From the IMG/VR virus record IMGVR_UViG_3300037069_001879, positions 1-52,363 of that record: a stretch of 52,363 bases of DNA, one strand, 5' to 3'. The notes below the pieces were generated by a model. The model was not told where the DNA came from, searched no databases, and saw only the letters and a program-made list of their open reading frames with translations. The stretch's first letter is position 1, and each line of letters begins with the position of its first letter. This document shows, in pieces, positions 9,601 to 18,411 of this stretch. Both the position numbers and the translations under genes were made by a program. This DNA comes from a virus. Its lineage: Duplodnaviria; Caudoviricetes.

Positions 9601-10591
9601 CAGCAAGGTCATCTTTACCAATTCCTCGTCGTGCGCCTATCGCCGCAATCTTAGCGAGATCGTCCAACGAGGTTGATGTTTTGATACGCTTTAAACTCTC
9701 CTCCAGTTTGTCGGTCTCCTCTGCTGTTAAAGAGGCTTTTTGACGTACAAGGGCTAAGCTTTCGCCCACCGCTTCGTTACCTTTGAAGATACTACCCAGC
9801 AAGGCAAAGCCGGCCTGTATGGATAAGTAGCCAAGCGCAAACTGTGAAAACTGATTTCCTAATCCGCTCAGCGCCGACTTATAATTACCAACGTTCCTAA
9901 AGTTTTGGTTTATGCTTGCGTCAAACTCTTTTAGGCGCGCTGTATTATTGAAAATTTGCTTTTCGAGCGCGGCGGCCTCTTTGTTGCCTTTGGCCAAACC
10001 CTCGGGCATATTTTTCAGGCTCACTATTAATCTCTTATTCTCAGCGTCAAGGGCTGCGTAAGATCCTGCGGCAGCGGTAAAAACCTGCTTCGTGCTTCGC
10101 AGGGTGTTGTTCATCGTCTTAATGTCGGAATCGATTTGCCGGGCATCTTTGGCGATCTGTTGAGCTTTTTCGTGATTAGCTGAGGTAAATGCAGCCTCAT
10201 AGGCGCGCTTTAGGTCTGCATACTGTTGGGTGAGCGACTTAACGGCATCCCTCGCAACTGCATCCGTATTTTTTGCGTCTTGCCTCGACTGTTTAAGCTT
10301 GTCCAGTTGGGACTTTAATTTATCAGCAGCCTGCAGGTTATCAAGCAACGCCTTTTGGTTTTGCTTATTGGCGACCGATAATTGTAAGGTAGATTTTAAC
10401 AACTGCTCGTTAACGCTGGTGAGTTGAATTTCCTGCTCAGTCAGCCTTTGCAGTTGCCCACCTATAACCGAATTGAAAAAATCGGTGTAGGTTTTTTTAA
10501 GCAGGTTAACACCATTTATACCCTTCTCAATAGTTGACTGGTCATTGAAATTAAAGAGATCGTTAAAATCAATAGGGTTATTACCTGCCAT
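6668..10591 (-). CDS. Tail tape measure protein
   Basis: 1307 aa, Ala/Lys-rich helical; NFRNVGNY motif, TP901-like core (EAGVEAEKSGTAFNKLL), C-terminal IPKYYKG..GGPEEFAVVNDRGTEL. Confidence 0.93.
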   Translation of the reverse strand: MAGNNPIDFNDLFNFNDQSTIEKGINGVNLLKKTYTDFFNSVIGGQLQRLTEQEIQLTSVNEQLLKSTLQLSVANKQNQKALLDNLQAADKLKSQLDKLKQSRQDAKNTDAVARDAVKSLTQQYADLKRAYEAAFTSANHEKAQQIAKDARQIDSDIKTMNNTLRSTKQVFTAAAGSYAALDAENKRLIVSLKNMPEGLAKGNKEAAALEKQIFNNTARLKEFDASINQNFRNVGNYKSALSGLGNQFSQFALGYLSIQAGFALLGSIFKGNEAVGESLALVRQKASLTAEETDKLEESLKRIKTSTSLDDLAKIAAIGARRGIGKDDLAGFAEGLDLVSRALGNQIAGGAEGVATALTKINSLFGISNQFGVKEGIIKTGSALATLGKFSITTSENLQDFATRTAGVAQVFKLSLPQVLAYGSAFQEAGVEAEKSGTAFNKLLLLLAGKKEKYFAIAQLGDAKLTLKDFTDLINTDADAALKKFFVGLTSGNATATEMATRLKDLGLKAGDVTRSVIGLAQNQGKLVTATNLVTESFKTGSEALSENAISQDTLSAHTDLFLKKFTNATTSGAISNFFKQIVDGAGNAVDALNKLFNSRSASELFARIFSFDASNFDSLNSVSDNTQATQKKHDELLKKNPLTGNGYPENVGNDPEKIKALLKEYKTAADDAFASYNQYARAVKKGDVEDGGPINLSKSLKNAKDLEYSYNKIREAYVRARDAVKVKPPASSSGTKELGDGDLRSIPEIQKRIKELTDQPDSAVKGSVTNERIIALRERLKELHGTVKSTKDGFAELQAEIDKLGKKIQDRFLKGEKVGENDPTVKLYRKEVAKLNAAKEAYENLMRGSTFQPLPGRPDAGDINSAAKDLNAQQVKLDYKKDAEDAEKSLDEIATKYAIYNKDILEQYKAATIDKDDYNHLQLKSVIDQQNEEYFATKVALNARLQLSKEGSLEQLRLLKQVADLDKKHAEEQIKNAEEVEVARIKGIKEVFQEFNRSLPAIAKGVGNGYAEIFKTLSKGVEDFAVKQKLSLTDAFELAGGLADGFTQNFIDGSNQRIAQLGVERDNSLVIAGGNAAAKRAIEKKYNDEVAAEKTKQAKAEKLDALFRIALNTAIGITSALASLPPNVPLSIAIGILGAAEFAVAAAKPIPKYYKGRTGGPEEFAVVNDRGTELLEHEGKFRIAGGGKETVTRLKKGEKVHTADRSAEILRQQFDGGNDANQFVDSLIRGTDIVRNYEHQKTDKLIKSLLSKSVSADQMERAFTRAINQRPVRETVIDADGWREFEVTSNSRIQKQAERRKGGGRG

Positions 10592-10624
10592 TGCTAATTT
10601 TTTTAAAATACACCTGTGTTAAAA

Positions 10625-10657
10625 TTTGGATTATGTGGCCCAAATCTTATAGCTTTG
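10625..10657 (+). promoter_or_regulatory. Bacteroidota sigmaA-type promoter, oriented antisense to the late operon
   Basis: TTTG-21 nt-TAGCTTTG matches the -33/-7 consensus. Confidence 0.45.
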
Positions 10658-10858
10658 CAATGCCACGCAGCTACGCGCCGGCACTTGCAAAAGCAGTTAT
10701 ATAAACTTTTTCATTTATAACTGTCTGATTATCAAACAGTTACGCAGGTTTACCCTCACCCTGTAGCCTCGACGGTTCATCTTATATTCGCTTGATAATC
10801 AAACCCTTATCACATACCTGCTTTGCCCCAAACATACACTTTATTTTTTTTAAATATA

Positions 10859-11461
10859 CTATTTTCCGGTAGCTTCTACCGCTAAAAATTTATTTCTGTT
10901 CGCGTGTAATCGAACATTGTAAGGCAGCTCAGCATTTTTGTCAGCCAATTCCTTATATTTTGGTCCATTGTAGTAAAAAGCAATGTTGTCATAATCGCAT
11001 TTTAAAACCGCTTCGTGTAATTTTGGTTTGGATTTTATCCATTTCAGCATACAGTCAACCTGGTTTAACTCGCTTATTTGGCAGTAATCCCAAAAGTCCT
11101 GAACGTGCTTAAAACCGATCGCATAACAGTTAAAACCCATTAGCTGCCCTATACCGATAGAAGTTGATAATTGGGCTGCTGTCTTATCCTCAATGGCTGC
11201 AATATTAAAAGCTTTCCACTCAGCGGTTTGGTTTTGTGCGCCTGTGTTCATCCAGGTAGTTTGACCCGCTGCCCAATCTTTATGCTCTTTTTTAAACCAG
11301 GTCGGTTCAAAGCGTATTATCATATGGTAAGGCGAAAGACGCGAAAAACCAATCCCTGACGTTTCGACTGAAAGGATAGATCGTATCATAGGTAAATCGT
11401 ACCCGTACTGAGATACAATGGTTTTTAATTGTTGCAATGTGAGTACTGTTTGGCTTTCCAT
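10859..11461 (-). CDS. Endolysin, N-acetylmuramidase (DUF3380-like)
   Basis: VETSG.GF, IRFEPTWF, STSIGIGQLMGFN, FYYNGPKY motifs. Confidence 0.88.
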   Translation of the reverse strand: MESQTVLTLQQLKTIVSQYGYDLPMIRSILSVETSGIGFSRLSPYHMIIRFEPTWFKKEHKDWAAGQTTWMNTGAQNQTAEWKAFNIAAIEDKTAAQLSTSIGIGQLMGFNCYAIGFKHVQDFWDYCQISELNQVDCMLKWIKSKPKLHEAVLKCDYDNIAFYYNGPKYKELADKNAELPYNVRLHANRNKFLAVEATGK

Positions 11462-11462
11462 A

Positions 11463-11822
11463 TTATTTAGGTTTGTTTTGCGAATTAAAAAAGGTCAGCT
11501 TAGCGTAAAGCTCCATGGTCGTTATATTCTTTGTCAGGTGCCCTGCTGTTTCAAGCGCCGCACAAACATTGTTAAAATTATTCTCAAAACCAACCACAGC
11601 GTTTTTTACGCTTTCGTCCCTGAAATCATAGGTTTGAACCGAGTTAATAAAATACTGCTCAGCAACCTTTAACTCAACCTCTCCCTCACCTTGAATATCG
11701 GCATTAGGCGACATGGTTTTTAACAGGGCGATAACTTTTTTCTTAACATTGGAATAAAAATCCAACTCGTCGGTGTCAGGAAATAGCTTAGGAAAGTGCG
11801 TTTTTAATTGGGATTGGAGTTT
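11463..11822 (-). CDS. Tail assembly chaperone, C-terminal (gpT-like) segment reached by -1 frameshift
   Basis: The -1 frame is open from the A9 run at 11820-11828 (KLQSQLKTHFPKLFPDTDELDFYSNV...) into ORF 11463..11765, which has only a TTG start. Confidence 0.65.
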   Translation of the reverse strand, partial: KLQSQLKTHFPKLFPDTDELDFYSNVKKKVIALLKTMSPNADIQGEGEVELKVAEQYFINSVQTYDFRDESVKNAVVGFENNFNNVCAALETAGHLTKNITTMELYAKLTFFNSQNKPK

Positions 11823-12226
11823 TTTTTTGAATCCAATACCGCATCTTCAACCATTTTTTGAGTTAAACCCTTTTTTGAAAGGCCATCTATTAGGTCGGAA
11901 AGGTTATTTGAGGAGTGATCTGTTATGACCTGATCGTTTACGCTATGGATCAGGCAACCAAAAGAAAGGTGTTTGTAGCTCAGTTTTTCAAGGATCGCAA
12001 AACTGGTATAGTACAGGTTCTCAGCTTCGGTTTTTGCTTCGGTATATTTGTTCGCTGCAAGGTGTTTAAACATAGCATCGTACCTGGTTATAATGTCGTC
12101 CATTGTCGAACCTATGCCCGCGTCTTGTAAAAGGTATTTTTGAAACTCCTTATACAGGGCGGCAGGCATGTCCATTGCATCGTCGTAAAGCAGTATTTTA
12201 GTATCAGGTAACAGTAGTGAGATCAT
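11804..12226 (-). CDS. Tail assembly chaperone (gpG-like)
   Basis: ATG 12226 overlaps the upstream stop (ATGA); ends ...DSKKNSNPN after the slippery run; upstream of the tape measure gene. Confidence 0.65.
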   Translation of the reverse strand: MISLLLPDTKILLYDDAMDMPAALYKEFQKYLLQDAGIGSTMDDIITRYDAMFKHLAANKYTEAKTEAENLYYTSFAILEKLSYKHLSFGCLIHSVNDQVITDHSSNNLSDLIDGLSKKGLTQKMVEDAVLDSKKNSNPN

Positions 12227-12507
12227 AATATTTTCCGCGACAAGGTTGCAGTCGCCACGGCAAATGCGAAAATAATACAAAGATCGAATAGGTAAAAATG
12301 GCTGAGCTTTAGTACGAAATGGTAGGTCTCCTCCAGTACGGACATCCAAAAGAATAAACAAAACTCGCACCGCTCGGGCATCCACCTTTTTCTGTGATAA
12401 TCGTAAAATTCAATCAGGCCCACCTTTGTTGCAACAAGGTACAGGCCCGCATTATACAGCGCAAAGAACAGGATCCAAATAAATGAATTATAGTTTAATA
12501 AAATCAT
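12223..12507 (-). CDS. Small membrane protein with CxxC (CEFC)
   Basis: Two to three hydrophobic segments; likely start ATG 12507. Confidence 0.55.
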   Translation of the reverse strand: MILLNYNSFIWILFFALYNAGLYLVATKVGLIEFYDYHRKRWMPERCEFCLFFWMSVLEETYHFVLKLSHFYLFDLCIIFAFAVATATLSRKIL

Positions 12508-13324
12508 AGGTTGCGGATAGGTATAAGTTTGCGCGATTTCTGTTAAACAGCGGGTTTGCAATCGTATTGTTTGGGCTCATATTGTAAAGGTAGCTTGCTC
12601 GTAATGAAGCAGGACCTCTGCTGATCTCAACGCCCGGGCCAAACTCAGGTTCTTTGGAGTACACGCTATAACGAGTCACGCCAAAAAGCTTGAAACCGTA
12701 TAAAGCTATAGGCTGTTCCACTTGATAATGCTTCACGCCCTCGACCGTCATATTGGTATCAGCAGACGAAACGTCCATAAAATAGTGTCGCGGCCCCAGG
12801 AACCAATTCCGCTTGTTATAGTTAGCTACTATCAGCCCTGTGTTATAATGATACCCAAACAACCCTGCTTTTTCAGGGTCAGCGTCAGGGGTATAGCTCA
12901 GGCGTATAAACTCCGATTGGTAGTAAAACACCTTTTTATTGGCAGCGTTAAGTTTAATATTTGCTCTCAAAAGGCTGTCTTTTAACGTTATGGTTAGCGT
13001 TGTAAGCTCAGCGACCTGATTTTTATAGTCGGCGCCAAGATCAAGGCTCCTTTCGGCGGTGTCAGCCCACCCAGGTAGAACCTCTTTTTTGCTTTCGAGA
13101 TATGATATTGGTTTGGGCGCCTCGTAGGTTCGGTGTTTTGAATGTGTCAAGGTATCGGTGAATTGTTTAACCAACTTAGTTGCGGTATTGATAACCTTAG
13201 AGTTGGATTGGGCCTTTTCGTCGGCTGCTTGGTATTTCCTTAAATAGATAAAGAAACACACCCACCCTGCAATAAATAATACTGTCAATAACAGCAGGAG
13301 GTAATTTTTAAGTGAATTGAACAT
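12488..13324 (-). CDS. N-terminally anchored membrane protein, possible spanin
   Basis: N-terminal TM helix, coiled region, beta-rich amphipathic C-terminus ending YDFIKL; next to a holin-like gene. Confidence 0.45.
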   Translation of the reverse strand: MFNSLKNYLLLLLTVLFIAGWVCFFIYLRKYQAADEKAQSNSKVINTATKLVKQFTDTLTHSKHRTYEAPKPISYLESKKEVLPGWADTAERSLDLGADYKNQVAELTTLTITLKDSLLRANIKLNAANKKVFYYQSEFIRLSYTPDADPEKAGLFGYHYNTGLIVANYNKRNWFLGPRHYFMDVSSADTNMTVEGVKHYQVEQPIALYGFKLFGVTRYSVYSKEPEFGPGVEISRGPASLRASYLYNMSPNNTIANPLFNRNRANLYLSATYDFIKL

Positions 13325-13329
13325 GGTTT

Positions 13330-13698
13330 TTAATGATTAATTAGCTTTTTTGACTTGATTAATAAATGTTTTCTAACCAGGCTATCCGTCTTTTGGGTGC
13401 TGTCCTTATAGCGGGTGTAGCCTAATTTTTGGTCCAATAGTTCGTTCGTAATCTGCAAATTTATGTTTCTTTCGGTGGCAAACGAATTTTTCCAATATAT
13501 AACCTCTTGTTTGCAGTCATTGTTTTGGTCTTTTTTGGCGATTACGAATTGGTCCAGCATAAAACCGCCCGCAATGCTCAGTAAAATCATTGTCCAGGTT
13601 AGCGGATGTTTAACCACATTATTAAAAGAAATTTCAGGTACAGGTAGTGACATTAGCGACGATTTTATAAATTTCAATATTACGTTTAAGTGCTCCAT
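13330..13698 (-). CDS. Membrane protein, possible holin/antiholin
   Basis: One TM helix (LTWTMILLSIAGGFML) followed by a coiled coil. Confidence 0.4.
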   Translation of the reverse strand: MEHLNVILKFIKSSLMSLPVPEISFNNVVKHPLTWTMILLSIAGGFMLDQFVIAKKDQNNDCKQEVIYWKNSFATERNINLQITNELLDQKLGYTRYKDSTQKTDSLVRKHLLIKSKKLINH

Positions 13699-13700
13699 TT

Positions 13701-14321
13701 TTAGCTTTTAAGAGGCGAATAACAAATATTTGGATCTCCTACCAGTATCCTGTACGACAAATCAAAGTCAATCCTGAACGCGGTATATGGAAACTTCATA
13801 TACTCGCGGTACTCCTCTAATATCGTATAGTTTGAAAAAACATTTTCGTAACTCTCAAAAGTTTTGGTTACATATACATTGCTAAATTTACCCAGTGTAA
13901 CCAGTACCTGTAATTTAAGTTGCTCAGTTGTCCTTGCAGTGGCTATAACATTTAATTTTTTAAGGTTTATCCAAACTACCAACGACGCAGGGGCGGTAAA
14001 TATCGAATTATGACCTGGCAGATAATCAATGGCTTTAATAGGATCGTTCACGTAAAAAAACGATTGAGCGCGTAGGTTATCATTAGGCATAACATTCAAA
14101 GGCTCGCCACCTGCTTGGTAAACCTCAGGATAATAAATAAGCTTTCGCGACGACTGCCCTGGCAATATCTTAACCAGTTCTTGTTTGAACGCGCGGCCAA
14201 AGGCGTGATTGCCTAACCAGCCAAGATCGTTTTGTAGTTGCTCTTGGATATTCTGTATCGCTTTATCTACGCCAAGAAATTCGTTAATAAGCGGGGCTGA
14301 CGGATCGAGGTAGTTTATCAT
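13701..14321 (-). CDS. Putative tail terminator/completion protein
   Basis: Position after the neck genes; C-terminal FRIDFDLSY strand. Confidence 0.5.
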   Translation of the reverse strand: MINYLDPSAPLINEFLGVDKAIQNIQEQLQNDLGWLGNHAFGRAFKQELVKILPGQSSRKLIYYPEVYQAGGEPLNVMPNDNLRAQSFFYVNDPIKAIDYLPGHNSIFTAPASLVVWINLKKLNVIATARTTEQLKLQVLVTLGKFSNVYVTKTFESYENVFSNYTILEEYREYMKFPYTAFRIDFDLSYRILVGDPNICYSPLKS

Positions 14322-14761
14322 AATGCACCTGTTTTAATTATGCTCCTTAGGTCTTTTATCATTAACGGTTTCATAGCTTGTCTAACCTGACCTAACGAAG
14401 GGTCGGACAAGCCCAATATTTCGTGGCCGTATTTTTCTTGCAAAGCCTCTGATTTGGCATCTAATGAAATCAGTTCATATTTGGTAGCGTACTGCTTTAC
14501 CCTGATTGCGCCCTGAAAAAAACCTTCGTCTTTTAGCGTTACACGATCATAGGGCTGCCCTTTTTTCTTTTTCTGTATAACGGTATAAGGAGCATAAGCG
14601 GGTGTTATGGGCGCGCCTGTATCCAGTAACCCTGCGTTAAGCTGCTCAATATTTAACGAGATCATTAAATCCTCTTGGCGATCTGCGGCCCTTTGAACAA
14701 GACCTTGCATCGGCAAAGTGCTTAACGTATGCTCCAACCTTTCAAAAATAGCCAAATTCAT
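14318..14761 (-). CDS. Neck/tail-completion protein
   Basis: PAYAPYT..KKKKGQPYDRVTLKDEG.F and KYG.EILGL motifs typical of Bacteroidota phage neck proteins. Confidence 0.65.
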   Translation of the reverse strand: MNLAIFERLEHTLSTLPMQGLVQRAADRQEDLMISLNIEQLNAGLLDTGAPITPAYAPYTVIQKKKKGQPYDRVTLKDEGFFQGAIRVKQYATKYELISLDAKSEALQEKYGHEILGLSDPSLGQVRQAMKPLMIKDLRSIIKTGAL

Positions 14762-14763
14762 TT

Positions 14764-16086
14764 CTATATACTTTCGTAGGTTAATTTACCCTTTGTGCTG
14801 CAAGGAATACAATTTATGTCAAATCCTGAAATATCCCAATCTACCGCGGCAATGGCATCGTTTAAATACGCTCGTAAACTGCCGCTGCTCGTTTTTGGAT
14901 CCAGCTCGGTTGCCGCAAGCTGTTTGGTGGTCATGGCCACGCCATTCATACGTGTGGAGTTTGCAATTTGTTCCAAGCATTTTAAACCAACCTGCTTTGC
15001 GTAGGCGTCAGCGAAAACACCAGCGTTAGCGCAAATAAATTGGCTTACATCACATTGAACAGAAAACGCAAGGTTAAAACCCCAGTTGGTATCGTAAACA
15101 AACTGTGTGCGTGTTATGTCCCACATCTTTGGCGCGCCTGATGTTAAGTCCTCGCTGTCGACCTTTATAGCGGTCGCCTTTATAAACTTGTTCCAAACCC
15201 TGTAAGCTTGCAGGTTAAATTGGTTGCAAGTCAAGCAAGGCGCAACCGAAAGGTTAAATCGCTTTTCGATTGCCTGAGCTGAACCTAAATCCTTTTGGTA
15301 GTAGCCTATGAAATAGATACCACCAAGATCGTGACCCGTGTCTACGTTGTTATCGTAATGCTTTATGGCTACGGGCTTGCTGTTGCTATCTAAAATATCA
15401 TTCCAGTTGAAATTCAACCCGCCCTTGGCGTTTATCGTTAGCCTGTAAACAGGGTCGGACAAACTGCTGTGGAAGATGTAAATGGGAAGGTTGTTTATCG
15501 CGGTATCAAGCTGGATACCGATCTGAGTAATGTAATTTATAATATTTTGGTTGGGCTTTAATTCGATTGCAAAGCCAACGAAATCGCCTGAGTTTATAAC
15601 CCTGTCAGTCAGTATGCCACCACCCTCGTACAACCTGGTATTTTCCATTAGGGTTTTGCTATAATTAGCTATTTTCCTATTTCTGAAAACGGACGTTACA
15701 ACGTCAATGGCGCACTGATACTTAATATCATAAAGCCATTGGCTAAATGGATCGCTCGCCTCCCAGTTTGCAGACGCGTGTGGCGCCACCGTATTTTGGG
15801 CGGGCGATAACGATGTTAATGCCGTATAATAAACCGTTTCGTCAACCCACATGGTTCCTTTTTTAACCGACTGAGAAGGATCCCAGGTAGGAAACGCGAA
15901 CAAAGGAAACTCCGGCGCGCTGTTAAATATGTTCTCAACCGTGCAAAGCGGATGAACGCCTGTAATGGTTCGCCCTGTGGTACTTGAGGTTAATCGGCTA
16001 TCCAGTAAAGGATACGCTGGGTCGCTTGACTGAGCAAACTGGGCCAGTGGCATTATACATTCGGATATTAAGGCTTCATTGAACAT
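14764..16086 (-). CDS. Putative head-tail adaptor
   Basis: 440 aa directly after the capsid gene; HPLCTVEN motif and C-terminal CIPC. Confidence 0.55.
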   Translation of the reverse strand: MFNEALISECIMPLAQFAQSSDPAYPLLDSRLTSSTTGRTITGVHPLCTVENIFNSAPEFPLFAFPTWDPSQSVKKGTMWVDETVYYTALTSLSPAQNTVAPHASANWEASDPFSQWLYDIKYQCAIDVVTSVFRNRKIANYSKTLMENTRLYEGGGILTDRVINSGDFVGFAIELKPNQNIINYITQIGIQLDTAINNLPIYIFHSSLSDPVYRLTINAKGGLNFNWNDILDSNSKPVAIKHYDNNVDTGHDLGGIYFIGYYQKDLGSAQAIEKRFNLSVAPCLTCNQFNLQAYRVWNKFIKATAIKVDSEDLTSGAPKMWDITRTQFVYDTNWGFNLAFSVQCDVSQFICANAGVFADAYAKQVGLKCLEQIANSTRMNGVAMTTKQLAATELDPKTSSGSLRAYLNDAIAAVDWDISGFDINCIPCSTKGKLTYESI

Positions 16087-16112
16087 GGCTATTGGTTTAA
16101 GATGTAAAAAAG

Positions 16113-16146
16113 AAAAGCCCCGTAACCAATACGGCTGCGGGGCTTT
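16113..16146 (-). terminator. Intrinsic terminator after the major capsid gene
   Basis: AAAGCCCCGCAGCC-loop-GGTTACGGGGCTTTT followed by a U tract on the minus strand. Confidence 0.8.
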
Positions 16147-16168
16147 GCAGTTATTTTGCTCTGCCTAT

Positions 16169-17224
16169 TTATGCAGTAGCAGGACCGGCTAATTCAGTTT
16201 TCAAAATTGGAGAGTAACGGTTTGCAGGATCGCTGTTGTAAGCAGTCACAAAGCAAATATCGGTGCTCCACTCATAGCCCTCTTTCTTAGTACGTGTCAG
16301 GCCGGTTGTACCAGCGTTTAATGCTGAGTAGTCCGCGCAATCTTCGTAATAATAAGTACCCATGTTGAGATCAACAATAGGCATTTGAGCCTGACCCCAC
16401 ACCTTTAAGCCGTTACCAACGGTGTTACCCATGATAGCGTCCCAATCGTTACGATTGTACACACCAACGAAACCGTCAGGGACAACAAACTGAGTGGATT
16501 TAACACCAGCGCCGTTGGTTATGCGATTGGTGTATTTCCAGTTGTAACCCAACATTTGGAAGCTCTCGTTTACGCCGTTAGCGTTACCCTGGCCTTTTAA
16601 ACGATCAACCAGCGGCATACCTGAGGTAGAGCTGATAACGTTTACCGAGCCATAGTAGTCGCGGACGTTTTGGATCGCGTTTAATTGATTGTAGTAGTCG
16701 TTTTTATCCTCGTCAGTTACCTGTAAAGCGTTCCCTACCTGTGGGTAGAAGCTCAGCAAGTCCGAAGGGAAATAAATATTTTTGTCGTTTTCCATTTTTG
16801 CAACGGCAGCAAGGTCAAGCACCGAAGCGAATTTTAACAAGTAAGCATCCAGTTTGCGGGTAAAGTCAGATTGGTATTTTACATCGTTATTTTTGTACTG
16901 AGCAGGCACCATTGTGAAACCAAACGAATAGGTTGCAAAGGTCAAGGCGATAATCCTTGAAGTGTTTTCCTGGTCGGCAATGGTACACGACCTCACGTTT
17001 GAAATGGTAACATTTGGCGCATCCAAAACAGGAACCTGAACTGTATTACCAAAACTTTCTTTTATGAATTTTTCGGTTTCAGGATCCAAAATGCTATTTG
17101 GTAGCGCGGATTGCTTTTGAAAGAAATCCCAGGCGCCGTACTGAGAGGCGCGCAATTCGTTTTTGTCCAAACGTGCTGCGTACTGAGCGCGTAGTGGTTG
17201 CATCAAGGTATTAACTAATGACAT
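16169..17224 (-). CDS. Major capsid protein
   Basis: 351 aa, follows the scaffold-like gene, has its own promoter and terminator; N-terminus (MSLVNT...LDKNELRASQYGAWDFF) resembles B40-8/B124-14-type capsid proteins from recall. Confidence 0.82.
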   Translation of the reverse strand: MSLVNTLMQPLRAQYAARLDKNELRASQYGAWDFFQKQSALPNSILDPETEKFIKESFGNTVQVPVLDAPNVTISNVRSCTIADQENTSRIIALTFATYSFGFTMVPAQYKNNDVKYQSDFTRKLDAYLLKFASVLDLAAVAKMENDKNIYFPSDLLSFYPQVGNALQVTDEDKNDYYNQLNAIQNVRDYYGSVNVISSTSGMPLVDRLKGQGNANGVNESFQMLGYNWKYTNRITNGAGVKSTQFVVPDGFVGVYNRNDWDAIMGNTVGNGLKVWGQAQMPIVDLNMGTYYYEDCADYSALNAGTTGLTRTKKEGYEWSTDICFVTAYNSDPANRYSPILKTELAGPATA

Positions 17225-17264
17225 ACGGAATAGAGTTTAAAGAAGTTTAAAAAAATGGTTTTTT

Positions 17265-17372
17265 GCGCCTCTATCCCATGAAGTGCGGGTATAAAAATGG
17301 TATAACTAATTTCGGTTTATCTCTTAACCGGTTAGTTATACCACAAACATAATTTATTTTTTAATAACCAAA
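17265..17372 (-). promoter_or_regulatory. Capsid gene promoter and structured 5' leader with two ANGRGAUA-loop hairpins
   Basis: TTTG-17 nt-TATGTTTG; hairpins at 17301-17340 and 17265-17286. Confidence 0.6.
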
Positions 17373-17380
17373 GAATTTTT

Positions 17381-18331
17381 TTACCTCAAAGGTAATTTTT
17401 CTCCAAGCTTGGTATAAATCTTATTAAATTCCTCGCTGTCTGCTAACAAACCAAGCTTGGACAAGTATTCGTGTAGCTGCGTTTTGGTTTTAACTTCGGC
17501 AGGTACACTGGTCACGTCTGTGATCTTTCCTGTGGCGTCTTTCACTACACCTTCGGATGCCTGCTGCTGTTGCTGTTGCTCCTGCTTGGTGCCTGTGCCT
17601 GTTAACACACGCGCTTTATCAATAAGATCGGCTAAACGCTCTTTCAGCTCAGCCTCAATAGTTACGGGTTGGTAGGTTGCAGGGTCAAGTTTTGGCGCGC
17701 CTTGCGCGTCGAGGATAACAAGTTCGGTTTTGCCGCCTATCTCAACCTCTTTCATTGACTTTTTAATGTCAGCGATAACCTTAGCCTCAGCGGCTTGTAT
17801 GGCAAATTCCGGCACACCGGGAATGTACGCGCCACGAATTTTGGCCATTCCTTTTTCGATCTCAAAGCCAAATTTAAGGTCGGTTATAATCGCGTCTTTC
17901 TGTTTAAGCTTGTCGCCCGCCGTTGTTTTTTCCGTGGTAAGCAGTCCCTCAAGTTGGGCGATACGCTGACGGTCGGCGGTATTTTTGTTTGGGTCAGCCT
18001 TGAGCTGCTCCAGCTCGGTTTTCATTTGGGTTAACGTTTGCTTGGTTGTACCAAACACGCGCTTTAAATACTCATGGTATTTTTCGTTTTCCAGTTTCGG
18101 CTCGCCTGAGGCTTCCAAAACATCCTTTTCGATACCGGTTGCAAACTCGAAAGTCTTGGCATCCACTTTTTGTTTTTCAAATCCCGATAAAAAGGTTGCC
18201 TCTTCGTCGGCTGTCCTAATTCTGTAATTGGCTTTTTCGCCGAAGGATTTGAGTTGTGCCGCAAGGGCAGGGTTGGCAGTTAAGGCTGCCTGGAGCTCGT
18301 CCGCTGTGAAGTTGTTTTCTGTAATTGGCAT
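17381..18331 (-). CDS. Capsid scaffolding protein
   Basis: Coiled-coil, acidic, TGTGT plus a poly-Q linker near the C-terminus; immediately upstream of the capsid gene. Confidence 0.7.
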   Translation of the reverse strand: MPITENNFTADELQAALTANPALAAQLKSFGEKANYRIRTADEEATFLSGFEKQKVDAKTFEFATGIEKDVLEASGEPKLENEKYHEYLKRVFGTTKQTLTQMKTELEQLKADPNKNTADRQRIAQLEGLLTTEKTTAGDKLKQKDAIITDLKFGFEIEKGMAKIRGAYIPGVPEFAIQAAEAKVIADIKKSMKEVEIGGKTELVILDAQGAPKLDPATYQPVTIEAELKERLADLIDKARVLTGTGTKQEQQQQQQASEGVVKDATGKITDVTSVPAEVKTKTQLHEYLSKLGLLADSEEFNKIYTKLGEKLPLR

Positions 18332-18355
18332 AATCTGTTTACTATCTCTTTTAAA

Positions 18356-18387
18356 CTAAAATAGGACCGCAATTTACGGCCCTATTT
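18356..18387 (-). terminator. Intrinsic terminator
   Basis: AATAGGGCCG-loop-CGGTCCTATTTT hairpin. Confidence 0.55.
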
Positions 18388-18411
18388 CCATATTGTCAAT
18401 ACCAGCGGATT

